A stretch of DNA of 29,567 nucleotides, taken from positions 1 through 29,567 of the IMG/VR virus record IMGVR_UViG_3300044728_000138; one strand, 5' to 3'. Of this stretch, positions 1 to 8,320 are shown in pieces. The position numbers and the translations under genes were made by a program. The notes beneath the pieces were generated by a model. That model saw only the letters and a list, made by a program, of their open reading frames with translations, ran no database searches and had not been told where the DNA came from. The DNA comes from a virus. Lineage: Duplodnaviria; Caudoviricetes. Positions within the stretch are counted from its first letter, which is position 1; each line of letters begins with the position of its first letter.

Positions 1-986
1 TGGCCGACTCGCCGCTCAAGGCGCTCGAGGCCGTCTGCGACGAGCTTCACATCCTGACCCTGGCGCTGAAGGCGAAGATCACGTCGCGCCTGTCGACGGC
101 GGGCTTCCTGCTGTTCCCGGCGTCGCTTGCCTCCCAGTTCCAGGCTCCGTCGAAGCCCGACGCCAATCCTGACAAGCTCGCGGAGAACCCGTTCGTCGAC
201 TGGGTGCTCCAGATGATGACGAAGGCGGTCACAGACCCGTCGGCCACGGCCTCGGCAATCCCGTTCGTCTTCGTGGTCCCCGACCAGTCGATCGACCTCA
301 TCAAGTGGATCAGGGACGAGGCGCAGACCTTCGAGGTCGACATCAAGCAGCGCGCCGAGTTGATCGCCCGGGTACTCCACGGCCTTGACTTGCGGCCGGA
401 GCAGATCGAGGGCTTCTCCGACTCGAACCACTGGAGCGCCTGGTCGTCCCAGGACGTCCACCTGAAGGTCGACGTCGCCCCCGAGATGGACTCGCTCTGT
501 TGGGCCCTGACGACGTGCTACCTGTGGCCGCAGCTCCGGGCCTTTGCCGAGATGCCGACCGAAGAGAGCCCCCTCGACTCCAGGGTGAACTGGAACGAGG
601 ACACGATCCGCTCATACCGGGTCGCCTACGACCTGCGCGAGCTCACCGTCCGGCCGAACAAGGCCGACTCCTACGGCGGCCTTGCCGATCGCGGCGCTCT
701 GAAGCACGCCGCCCTGCGGGCCGCGGCCGGCGCCACCGAGGACGACGCACCGGAAGGTGAGGAGTACATCAGGGCCTACGGCTGGCACGCCTCCGACGCC
801 TACCTGGCGACGTTCGGTCTTCCCGAGCAGGAGAAGATCGACTGGGACAAGGTTTCAGCCAAGGACGGCCCCGGCCCGGACCCGGTCGCGCCTGGGCAGC
901 CGTCGCCCTCGGGCCCCGGAAGCAAGCAACCTGGTGGGCCTGGCGACTCGCGCTCCAACAAGCCCAAGAGCCAGCAGCCGCAGTAG
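1..986 (+). CDS. Phage portal protein (5' truncated by window edge)
   Basis: The frame of ORF 204..986 is open back to position 3 (ADSPLKALEAVCDELHILTLALKAKITSRLSTAGFLLFP). The ADSP...SRL..G.L..P and NHWSAW motifs recall cluster-B-like actinophage portals. The gene lies directly upstream of the protease and capsid genes. Confidence 0.85.
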   Translation, partial: ADSPLKALEAVCDELHILTLALKAKITSRLSTAGFLLFPASLASQFQAPSKPDANPDKLAENPFVDWVLQMMTKAVTDPSATASAIPFVFVVPDQSIDLIKWIRDEAQTFEVDIKQRAELIARVLHGLDLRPEQIEGFSDSNHWSAWSSQDVHLKVDVAPEMDSLCWALTTCYLWPQLRAFAEMPTEESPLDSRVNWNEDTIRSYRVAYDLRELTVRPNKADSYGGLADRGALKHAALRAAAGATEDDAPEGEEYIRAYGWHASDAYLATFGLPEQEKIDWDKVSAKDGPGPDPVAPGQPSPSGPGSKQPGGPGDSRSNKPKSQQPQ

Positions 987-995
987 GAGGACTCC

Positions 996-2270
996 GTGGA
1001 CGTCACCTTCGGCTCCGTAGCCGACACCGCACCCGAGGGCTTTCTGCCACGGCGCGTCCACTTCACGACGCTTGTCGTGCTGGACACTCCGACGAAGGAA
1101 GGCTTCCAGAGCCGCACGATCGCCTCGTCCGGCTTCGGCACCCGCGACCTGCCGAAGCCGATCACCGGCCACAGCCCGTTCGGCCGCGGCCACGAGGGAG
1201 CGTTCCCCGTCGGGCGGCTCGATCAGGTGAAGATCGCTGGGACGAACGTCGAAGGTTGGGGCTGGCTGCGGAATGACGAGCATGGCCGGGCCGTGTTCGA
1301 GGAGCTCGCACTCGGCATCGTCACTGGGACCTCGATCGAGATGGTCGACGTGAAGTACAAGATCGACTTCACCTGGCCCGATGAAGAGGCCGACGTCGAG
1401 ATCCCCCAGATCGACATCGTCTTCACCGAGGCGAACATCGGCGCGACGACCTTCGTGTTGAAGCCCGCGTTCGGCGCTGCTCGGGGCGAACTGGAGGAGC
1501 AGGCGCTGACCGCAGCGTTCGTCGCCGAGGGCGACCTGGAGGTCACTGCCTCGTTCAAGGTCGTCACCTCGTTCGACGAGGAGATCACCGCGGCGACGCT
1601 GATTGCCCTGGAGCACGACGCCTTCACGGTGCCGGAGCCGGAGACGCATCAGCCGTTCCAGGTGAGCAAGGACGGCAAGCGCGTCTCGGGCCACCTCGGC
1701 CGCTGGGGGGTGCCGCACACCGGCTTCCTCAACAAGCGAGTCCTGATTCCGCGCTCGCCGACGAACTACTCGTCGTACTGCAAGCGCCGGCGTTATACCG
1801 ATCACGGCGAGGTCTACACCGGGCCGATCGTTGCTCTGGGTGGACACGAGGCCACGGCCGAGATCATCAACAAGCGCCTCGCTGACCCGAGGTACGCATG
1901 GGCCGACGTCGTCGTGACCGACGGCAAGATCGGACCGTGGGTCTGCGGCACGGTCCGCTCCACCGCCACTGACGAAGAGTTGGAGGACGGCTCGGCGTCG
2001 GGCATCTCCGGCCACTGGTTGAACGGCGAGCTCTACGCAGTCTGCTCCACCACCGCGGAGGGCTTCGACGTGGCCCGGCCGACCGGCTACACGATCGAGG
2101 CCTACGACCAAGGCGAGGACCACTACCTCGCCGCGTCGTTCGGCCTGTCGACGGCAGACGAGGTTACTCCGCAGCCTGAGCCCGTCTCCTACGATGACGT
2201 CCTCGCGGCCGCTCTGGCCGCCCTGGAGGATGACGATGCCGACAGCACGCAAGCCGCCGCCGAAGCCTGA
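996..2270 (+). CDS. Capsid maturation (prohead) protease, probably two protease-like domains
   Basis: 424 aa, AGGAGG RBS immediately after the portal stop. First domain has GH..A..VGR, GTSI and TFV.KPAF. Second domain has GHL..WG..H.G, GPWV.G and SG.W, recalling actinophage capsid maturation proteases. Lies between portal and capsid. Confidence 0.75.
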   Translation: MDVTFGSVADTAPEGFLPRRVHFTTLVVLDTPTKEGFQSRTIASSGFGTRDLPKPITGHSPFGRGHEGAFPVGRLDQVKIAGTNVEGWGWLRNDEHGRAVFEELALGIVTGTSIEMVDVKYKIDFTWPDEEADVEIPQIDIVFTEANIGATTFVLKPAFGAARGELEEQALTAAFVAEGDLEVTASFKVVTSFDEEITAATLIALEHDAFTVPEPETHQPFQVSKDGKRVSGHLGRWGVPHTGFLNKRVLIPRSPTNYSSYCKRRRYTDHGEVYTGPIVALGGHEATAEIINKRLADPRYAWADVVVTDGKIGPWVCGTVRSTATDEELEDGSASGISGHWLNGELYAVCSTTAEGFDVARPTGYTIEAYDQGEDHYLAASFGLSTADEVTPQPEPVSYDDVLAAALAALEDDDADSTQAAAEA

Positions 2271-2436
2271 GCCGGAGGGCTACTCCGACACGGTGAAGGA
2301 CGTCGTGATCGACGTGCTCTTGCGGCGCGCCTTCCCCCACGGTCAGTGGGCGCACGTCGAGGAATGGCTGGAGCAGCAGAGCCTCGCTCCCGAGGTTCGC
2401 GCCGAGATCTCGGCGGCGGTCGAGCGCAACACCTGA
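2236..2436 (+). CDS. Small hypothetical protein (66 aa)
   Basis: ATG at 2236 with GGAGGA at 2225-2230. Reads MPTARKPPPKPEPEGYSDTVKDVVIDVLLRRAFPHG. Overlaps the end of the protease gene. Confidence 0.6.
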   Translation: MPTARKPPPKPEPEGYSDTVKDVVIDVLLRRAFPHGQWAHVEEWLEQQSLAPEVRAEISAAVERNT

Positions 2437-2553
2437 GCCCTGCGAGTCAGAGGGTCTGGCTTGCGTCTCACTCCCCTACATCCCAAGTGGCGAGAACCGA
2501 CTGGCTACGGCGCGTAGTTTCCTGACCCGCAGGGTGACCGCAGGATAGTCGGC

Positions 2554-2592
2554 CCTGAGCTGTCGCCCTTCCTGAATCGCCCCTGCCAAACT
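2554..2592 (+). promoter_or_regulatory. Putative phage late promoter, copy 1 (before major capsid)
   Basis: CCTGAGCTGTCGCCCT (2554-2569), 17-nt spacer, CAAACT (2587-2592). The 16-mer is identical to 6004-6019. Confidence 0.65.
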
Positions 2593-2626
2593 CCGGTCAC
2601 CTATCGACCGCGCCAACAGGAGGCGG

Positions 2627-4378
2627 ATGATGACCGTCAAGTACCCGCAGGTGCCCGAGGATCTCTCGGCACTCAGCGACTCCGAACTTGAGACTCTCCG
2701 CAAGGACCTGTCCGAGGCGATCGGTTTCGTTACCAGCGGCAAGGTCGTGCTGTCCAACGACGCCGAGAAGTCGGCTCTCGAGGACGCGACCAAGGCCCTT
2801 GTCGCCGTCAAGGCGCTCCAGTCGGAGGGCAAGGCGAAGGCTGCGGCCGACGCTCAGCGACTCGCCGATGCGGCCGCCGCCCTGGAGGGTGACGACGAGG
2901 ACGAGGATGAGGCCGACGAGGAGACGGAAGAGGAGGAGGCCGAAGAGGAGGCCTCCGCTTCCGAGGATGAGGGCGAGGAGGAGGCCGAGGAGGCCGAGGC
3001 CGAGGAGGCCACGCCTGTGCCCGCCAAGCTCGCCACCGCACCGGCCAAGCCCAAGAAGGGCGTCGGCTCGAAGGACCAGCCCGGCAACGGCGGCCTGGAC
3101 GCCTCCCGGATCGTCGCCCTCGACGGCGTCCCGGGCAAGCACGCTGGCGATGCCTTCTCCGACTGGTCGGATCTCGCGGCCACTCTGCTGGAGCGCCGCC
3201 GCACCGTCACTGACGGCTCGGTCGCCCCGGTCGGCGTGATCGAGGCGAAGTACGGCAAGGACCGGAGCCTCGAAGGCCTGGACCAGATGGAGACCCTGAA
3301 GAAGCTGACGGCCGCGAGCGGCTCCAGCTTCGGAGGCAACGCCACCTTCTCCACCCCGAAGGAACTCACCGCCGCCATGTGCGCCCCGGTGACGCCCTAC
3401 TACGGCATGGACTGCATGAACACGACCCGCCGGCCGGTGTTCAACAGCCTCCCCGGGTTCCCGGCTCCCCGCGGCGGTGTGTCGATCCCGACCTCGCCGA
3501 CGCTGTCGGACGTGACCGGAGGCTACGGCTTCTGGACGAAGACGGACGATGCTGACGTCGCCAACCAGACGAAGAACGCCTGCCTCACGGTCGAGTGTCC
3601 GACGTCGGAGGAGTTCTTCTTCTACGCCGTCTACCGGTGCCTGACCGTCCAGAACATGATGCAGATGACCTGGCCCGAGGTCGTCGAGGCCTACCTCAAC
3701 CGCCTGGCGGCTCGCACCGCTCGTGCGGCCGAGATCCAGCTCCTCGACCTGATGGCGACCAACGTCAACCGCATCACCGCCCCCGGCCTGTTCACCTCGG
3801 CCGCGACGGCCCTGTGGACCACGCTGCTCCAGTACCGCAGTGGCGCCCAGGAGCGGGAGCGCTGGGACCTCATGGACGACAACCTCGAGATGTGGGCGCC
3901 GCGCTGGCTCCAGACCTACCTGCGGATCGACATCGCTCGCCGCCGGAACACCTCGGTCTCGACCCCGCACTTCGCCTCCGAGGCCGAGGTCAACCAGGTC
4001 TTCTCGGATCTGGGCTTCAACGTCCACTGGTTCATCGACACCCCGACGTGGGGCGTGACGGCCCCGGTGCAGTCCACCGGCAACCCGACCACCCTCGTGG
4101 CGGCGCCGACGAGCGTCAACGTGCTGGTCGCTCCTCCGGGCAAGTTCGCCCTCATCGACCGGGGTTCCCTGACGATCGGTCTCCAGGGCAACAACGTGGT
4201 CCGCGACCTCGCCACCCTGAAGAAGAACCAGTTCACGATGTTCTTCGAGACCTTCGAGGGGATCGTCGACACGAACTCCTGCCCGGCCGACATGCTGAAG
4301 ATCCCGCTCTGCTTCGCTGGCATCCAGCACGCCGACCAGGCCGTCGACTGCTTCGGCTTCGCAGAGGCGCCGAGCTGA
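2627..4378 (+). CDS. Major capsid protein (hexamer type) with N-terminal scaffold/delta-like region
   Basis: 583 aa, AGGAGG RBS. N-terminal helical segment plus a long acidic tract. The C-terminal part has CAP...YG, LP.F.A.RGG, K.C..VECP, WPE.V and LKKNQF.MF.E.FEG motifs typical of cluster-B-like capsids. Confidence 0.88.
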   Translation: MMTVKYPQVPEDLSALSDSELETLRKDLSEAIGFVTSGKVVLSNDAEKSALEDATKALVAVKALQSEGKAKAAADAQRLADAAAALEGDDEDEDEADEETEEEEAEEEASASEDEGEEEAEEAEAEEATPVPAKLATAPAKPKKGVGSKDQPGNGGLDASRIVALDGVPGKHAGDAFSDWSDLAATLLERRRTVTDGSVAPVGVIEAKYGKDRSLEGLDQMETLKKLTAASGSSFGGNATFSTPKELTAAMCAPVTPYYGMDCMNTTRRPVFNSLPGFPAPRGGVSIPTSPTLSDVTGGYGFWTKTDDADVANQTKNACLTVECPTSEEFFFYAVYRCLTVQNMMQMTWPEVVEAYLNRLAARTARAAEIQLLDLMATNVNRITAPGLFTSAATALWTTLLQYRSGAQERERWDLMDDNLEMWAPRWLQTYLRIDIARRRNTSVSTPHFASEAEVNQVFSDLGFNVHWFIDTPTWGVTAPVQSTGNPTTLVAAPTSVNVLVAPPGKFALIDRGSLTIGLQGNNVVRDLATLKKNQFTMFFETFEGIVDTNSCPADMLKIPLCFAGIQHADQAVDCFGFAEAPS

Positions 4379-4412
4379 CCAGTCGCCCTCATCGCTAGGG
4401 ACCTGCCAAGAT
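4375..4412 (+). promoter_or_regulatory. Putative phage late promoter, copy 2
   Basis: CTGACCAGTCGCCCT (4375-4389), 17-nt spacer, CAAGAT (4407-4412). Confidence 0.6.
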
Positions 4413-4443
4413 GAGACCGGCTTCTTCGGAGGCCGGTCTCATC
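4410..4443 (+). terminator. Strong hairpin after the major capsid gene (terminator or mRNA stabiliser)
   Basis: GATGAGACCGGCTTC-TTCG-GAGGCCGGTCTCATC: 15-bp stem (one G-U pair) with a cUUCGg tetraloop. No U-tract. Confidence 0.7.
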
Positions 4444-4461
4444 GCATGAAGGAGCCCAAAC

Positions 4462-5280
4462 GTGGCTGTTCCCCTCTACGACCTCCCGGCACCGAGCCTC
4501 CGCCCGGTCGGCCTCTTCGAGCAGACGGCGACCCGTGTCGAGTGGGTGAACCGCTACGCCGCGGGCGTCACCTTCGAGCCCTACGACCTCACTGGTCTGA
4601 CACTGGACGACATCCCCGCCGACCTGTGCGCCACCGAGGGCGACCTCGGGGCGGCGCGCGAGTGCGTGGCCTGGGTGACGCAGACCGGCTTCAACCTCAT
4701 CGACCAGTTCACCGGCCAGACCCGGGAAGAGGACGAGGCCTCGATGCGGGCCAACATCGCCGCCCGCTGGCCGCTCCTGCTGTCGGAGGCTTTCGCTCGT
4801 GAGTTCCTGGCTGGCGCCGGCGGGTCGAACCACAATCTGACCGCGGACGCCGAGGACATCGGCGCCACCTCCACGGTCCAGATCGCCATCGCTGAGCTCG
4901 AAGAGATCATGGCCCGAGGCACTGGCACGAGCGAGCCGCTTGGCAACACGCTCGGGATGATTCACATGACGCCGTCCGCCCTTGTGTACGCCGTCACCAA
5001 TGGCATCGTGAACCGCCGCGGTGACACCTACTACAGCCCCGGTGGGCACCTGGTTGTCGCCGACGCCGGGTACCAGGTGGCAGAGACCACGACGAGCACC
5101 ATGTACGCCTCTGGGCCCGTCTACTGGGCCCTCGGCGAGCGTGACGCCCGTCTCGACACTCTCAGCGACGGCATGAGCTGGTCCTCGAAGAAGAACACGC
5201 TGCTGTGGGTGGAGCAGGCGATGGGGGTCATCATCTTCGCACCGGACTCGGTCTGGAAGACCGCGGTGACCAAGGCGTGA
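4462..5280 (+). CDS. Second capsid protein, probable major capsid pentamer protein
   Basis: 272 aa, AAGGAG RBS, directly after the major capsid gene. Size, position and motifs (GLF, W..GVTF.P, G.IH.TP, SPGGH.VVADAGY, MYASGPV) fit pentamer proteins of Rosebush-like actinophages. Confidence 0.65.
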   Translation: MAVPLYDLPAPSLRPVGLFEQTATRVEWVNRYAAGVTFEPYDLTGLTLDDIPADLCATEGDLGAARECVAWVTQTGFNLIDQFTGQTREEDEASMRANIAARWPLLLSEAFAREFLAGAGGSNHNLTADAEDIGATSTVQIAIAELEEIMARGTGTSEPLGNTLGMIHMTPSALVYAVTNGIVNRRGDTYYSPGGHLVVADAGYQVAETTTSTMYASGPVYWALGERDARLDTLSDGMSWSSKKNTLLWVEQAMGVIIFAPDSVWKTAVTKA

Positions 5281-6008
5281 CGCTCCAGGCCGCTTGCTCT
5301 CGTCTGGCGTCCTACGCGGAGTTCCAGGCCACCGACTGCGGCTGTGGCTGCGGTCTCTCCCAGGCCGTCGCTGAGGCGGTCCTGGACGACGCCAGCGACC
5401 TGGTCTTCGCGCTGTCCCGCGGCCAGATCTTCGGCGTCTGTGAGGGCACTGTGCGCCCGTGTCGGACCTGCTGGTGCGGGTCGTGCGTGTGCTGCTGCGA
5501 GATCGAGGCGATCCCGCTGCGACGCGACGCCATCGAAGTGTCCGAGGTGGTCATTGATGGCGTCGTGCTCGCAGCCGAGAACTACACGCTGACGCCTCGC
5601 GGCAAACTCGTGAAGGTCTCAACCGACGGCGACCGGCCGGAGCCGTGGCCGTGCTGCCAGAAGCTCTACCGCGGCCTTGACGAGGCGGACACCTTCGGGA
5701 TCACCTATACCTTCGGCCAGGCCGAGCAGCCCCAGTGGGCGAAGAACGCCGTGATCGAGCTGGCGTGCGACATGGCCTCGTACTTCGACAGCGGCAGCAG
5801 CCACGCGAAGCTGCCAGGCAATACGACGGCGGTCACCTACGCCAACGTCACCCTGTCGTTGGACGACCGCGCCGACGCGCTGCGCGACGGGTCGGTGCTG
5901 GCGGCGTTCCCTGCCGTGGCCATCCTGCTGTCGCTTGTTGGCCCGACTCAGGGGGGCATGGCCTACAGCCCCTCTGGCGGGTCCGCCTGGTCGTTCCCTC
6001 TCTCCTGA
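5277..6008 (+). CDS. Head-to-tail adaptor, Cys-rich (243 aa)
   Basis: GTGA overlap start at 5277. Contains AS..V.ALSRGQ.FG.C..TVRPC, V.EV.IDG, WP.CQ and TF.ITY.FG...P..A..ELAC, which recall actinophage adaptors. Synteny fits. Confidence 0.7.
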   Translation: MTLQAACSRLASYAEFQATDCGCGCGLSQAVAEAVLDDASDLVFALSRGQIFGVCEGTVRPCRTCWCGSCVCCCEIEAIPLRRDAIEVSEVVIDGVVLAAENYTLTPRGKLVKVSTDGDRPEPWPCCQKLYRGLDEADTFGITYTFGQAEQPQWAKNAVIELACDMASYFDSGSSHAKLPGNTTAVTYANVTLSLDDRADALRDGSVLAAFPAVAILLSLVGPTQGGMAYSPSGGSAWSFPLS

Positions 6009-6042
6009 GCTGTCGCCCTCCGGCGAACCGCTGGGTCAAGAT
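6004..6042 (+). promoter_or_regulatory. Putative phage late promoter, copy 3 (before major tail protein)
   Basis: CCTGAGCTGTCGCCCT (6004-6019), 17-nt spacer, CAAGAT (6037-6042). Confidence 0.65.
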
Positions 6043-6075
6043 TGGCCGCAGAACGGTTCGCGAAGGGAGCCAAGA

Positions 6076-6792
6076 ATGGCAACGAATCTCGCAGGTGGCT
6101 ACTGCATCAGCCAGGCGAAGGTCTGCCGGCTGCGTGTCGCCCGCCTGTCATCGGCCTGCGCGGCTGTCGCCGGGGCCGACAACGGGGCGGTGACCGCTGG
6201 CATCCTCACGATGACGCGCGCCGCGGAGATCTCGGAAGGCACCGAGTACGAGTTCAAGAACGGCTGCGGCGAGATCATCGCCCAGGCCAAGGACGCTGAC
6301 CGGATCAAGTGGTTCAACCTGACCGGCGAGCTCCAGGTCATGGACTACGAGCTCCTCGAGATTATGTTCGGTGGCTCGCTCATCACCGCAGACGTTGGCG
6401 AGGACTTCGCTGGCAAAACGATCGGCTACTGCCGGCCGTCGGGCTCGGCCACTCCTGACGCCGTGTCGCTGGAGATTTGGACGGGCACGGTCATCGGCAC
6501 CGCTGGTGGCTGTTCGACCGACGCCAACGCGCCGCAGTACGTCCGCCACGTCTTCCCCCGGGTGGTCATGGTCGAAGGCGACCGCACCTTCGAGGACGGC
6601 ACCGGCACGATCTCCTTCACTGGCCGGGCCTACGAGAACCCGGCGTGGGGCAACGGCCCGTGGAATGACTTCCCCGGCATCTACCCGGCTTGCACCAACT
6701 CCGCCCACTTCGAGTTCATCGAGCAGGAGCTGCCCGCCAACGTCGTCACCGGCGGCTGCGGCTACGTGACGGTTCCCGCTGACGCATCCTGA
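6076..6792 (+). CDS. Major tail (tube) protein, 238 aa
   Basis: ATG 6076 with AAGGGAG RBS. Contains RLRVARL..C, G.E...KNGCG.I, SLEIWT and NP.WG.GPWN motifs. Preceded by a promoter motif and followed by a strong hairpin, as expected for a high-copy gene. Confidence 0.8.
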   Translation: MATNLAGGYCISQAKVCRLRVARLSSACAAVAGADNGAVTAGILTMTRAAEISEGTEYEFKNGCGEIIAQAKDADRIKWFNLTGELQVMDYELLEIMFGGSLITADVGEDFAGKTIGYCRPSGSATPDAVSLEIWTGTVIGTAGGCSTDANAPQYVRHVFPRVVMVEGDRTFEDGTGTISFTGRAYENPAWGNGPWNDFPGIYPACTNSAHFEFIEQELPANVVTGGCGYVTVPADAS

Positions 6793-6813
6793 GCTGAGCA
6801 GGCACAGGCGAAC

Positions 6814-6841
6814 GACGGGGGGCCCTTCGGGGCCCTTCGTC
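6814..6841 (+). terminator. Hairpin after the major tail gene
   Basis: GACGGGGGGCCC-TTCG-GGGCCCTTCGTC: 12-bp stem (two G-U pairs) with a cUUCGg tetraloop. Confidence 0.7.
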
Positions 6842-6865
6842 CGCGTCTGGAGGTAATGTCCCACC

Positions 6866-7408
6866 GTGGCCTTTCCGTTGCAGACCTGCGAGGGCAAGGA
6901 CGTCCCCGAGGCCTGCTGCACGACGCTGTGGGATCTCACGCTCGGCGTGCTCCAGTTCGTGACGCCGTACCTTGAGGAGTGCATCGACCCCGACCCGTGC
7001 TGCGGCGAGCAGATGCGCTACTTCGTGTCGATCGGCCGACCGGAGACGTGGCAGACAGACTTTCTCGCGCTGTACCTGGAAAACATCCGCGTCGACCAGC
7101 TCTCCACCCGGAACCTGTCGACCCTGATCCCGCCGCTCATCATGGGCCAGTTCCGCTTCCTGCTCACCGAGTCCTGCTACCCCGGCCTCGTCATCCAAGG
7201 CGACAAGACGTTCACGCCGACCGACGAAGAGTTTCACCTCGCGGCGAAGCACGGCTACTCGCACGCCCAGGCTCTGCTCCGCGGTCTGCTCGCCTACGCC
7301 GCGGAGAACGACTGCCGCAAGTTCACGCTGCGTGACTTCCAGCCAACCCGGCCGGAGGCCTACACGGCGGGCTGGTCCCTTGGCTTCGACCTCGAACTGC
7401 CGAACTGA
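6866..7408 (+). CDS. Virion neck/tail-completion protein (tail terminator-like)
   Basis: 180 aa, 8 Cys, C-terminal P......AGW..... pattern. Assigned mainly from position among the tail genes. Confidence 0.5.
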   Translation: MAFPLQTCEGKDVPEACCTTLWDLTLGVLQFVTPYLEECIDPDPCCGEQMRYFVSIGRPETWQTDFLALYLENIRVDQLSTRNLSTLIPPLIMGQFRFLLTESCYPGLVIQGDKTFTPTDEEFHLAAKHGYSHAQALLRGLLAYAAENDCRKFTLRDFQPTRPEAYTAGWSLGFDLELPN

Positions 7409-7926
7409 TGCCGCTCACCGTCACCGGCTTCCTCGCTGACCCAGCGGGCTTCGGCCGGACCGTCGCCCAACTCGGTCGTCGCTCCGCAGCCCGCCGCCTC
7501 CGTGTCGTGGGCGAGCAGGCGCTTCTGCTCGGGCAGAACTACGCGAGTGAGCTCGGGCCCTCGCGCTCGGGCAACCGGCGTCGAGACAAGGGCGTGTCGT
7601 TCCGCAACGGCTTCGAGGTGAAATACACCGGCGTCGACGACTTCGCGGCCGGGATCATGGAGGTCTCGGTGCGGAACCGGTCGCGCCACGCCCGAGTGCT
7701 GGAGGTTGGAGCGTCGGCCCACACGATCGAACCCCGCAACAAGAGGCTCCTCGCTTGGCCGGCGAACAACGTGTCCGGCCCCGCGGACGTCTTCGCGAAG
7801 AAGGTCGACCACCCGGGCTTCACGGGGCATCACATCCTCGAGCGCGCCGCTCGGGACTCGATGCGGCAGAGCTTCGTCGGGCAGCAACTCGGCCACGCTG
7901 ACATCAACATCCGCGTCGGCCGCTGA
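7408..7926 (+). CDS. HK97 gp10-like tail component
   Basis: 172 aa, basic. HA..LEVG..AH.I.P....L....FAK.V.HPG.....L.RA pattern is characteristic of this family. TGATG coupling to the upstream gene. Confidence 0.65.
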   Translation: MPLTVTGFLADPAGFGRTVAQLGRRSAARRLRVVGEQALLLGQNYASELGPSRSGNRRRDKGVSFRNGFEVKYTGVDDFAAGIMEVSVRNRSRHARVLEVGASAHTIEPRNKRLLAWPANNVSGPADVFAKKVDHPGFTGHHILERAARDSMRQSFVGQQLGHADINIRVGR

Positions 7927-7948
7927 CCGAGAAGTACACTGCGCCGCC

Positions 7949-8320
7949 ATGCCTGCTTCATCTCCAGTGAACCTCGACGACCTGTTCTCTCGGCGCATCG
8001 ACGAGAACCTCGATAAGGCGGTGCTCGTCCCCTTCGTGTGGGGTGGCGTCGAGTACCACCTGACGAACACGGCGTCGCACGCGGCGCTGCTCACCGCCAA
8101 CCAGGACCCGATGGGCTACGTCAAGCGTCTCGTCGTCCCCGAAGAGCGTGACGCCTTCGAGCAGTCGCTGCGTGACACCGACGGCATGGACGACGGCATC
8201 CTCATCGACCTCATCAACAAGCTCGGGGAGATGCTGACCGCGGTCCCTACGCCGCCGCCCGCGCACTCTGCGGGTACCTCGCGCAAGCGCACGTCTTCCA
8301 CCGGGTCCAGGGCGACCTGA
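7949..8320 (+). CDS. Tail assembly chaperone (G-like)
   Basis: ATG 7949 (MPASSPVNLDDLF...), 123 aa, just upstream of the tape measure gene. Ends in VPT followed by a low-complexity Ser/Thr/Arg tail typical of G products. Confidence 0.75.
   Translation: MPASSPVNLDDLFSRRIDENLDKAVLVPFVWGGVEYHLTNTASHAALLTANQDPMGYVKRLVVPEERDAFEQSLRDTDGMDDGILIDLINKLGEMLTAVPTPPPAHSAGTSRKRTSSTGSRAT

Noticed and set aside
2497-2552. Hammerhead ribozyme or tRNA in the multibranch fold
   Set aside because: It lacks the CUGANGA core on either strand and lacks the T-loop, D-loop and acceptor features.
2885-3010. GAG-rich low-complexity tract as a DNA repeat element
   Set aside because: It is explained by the acidic linker of the capsid scaffold region.
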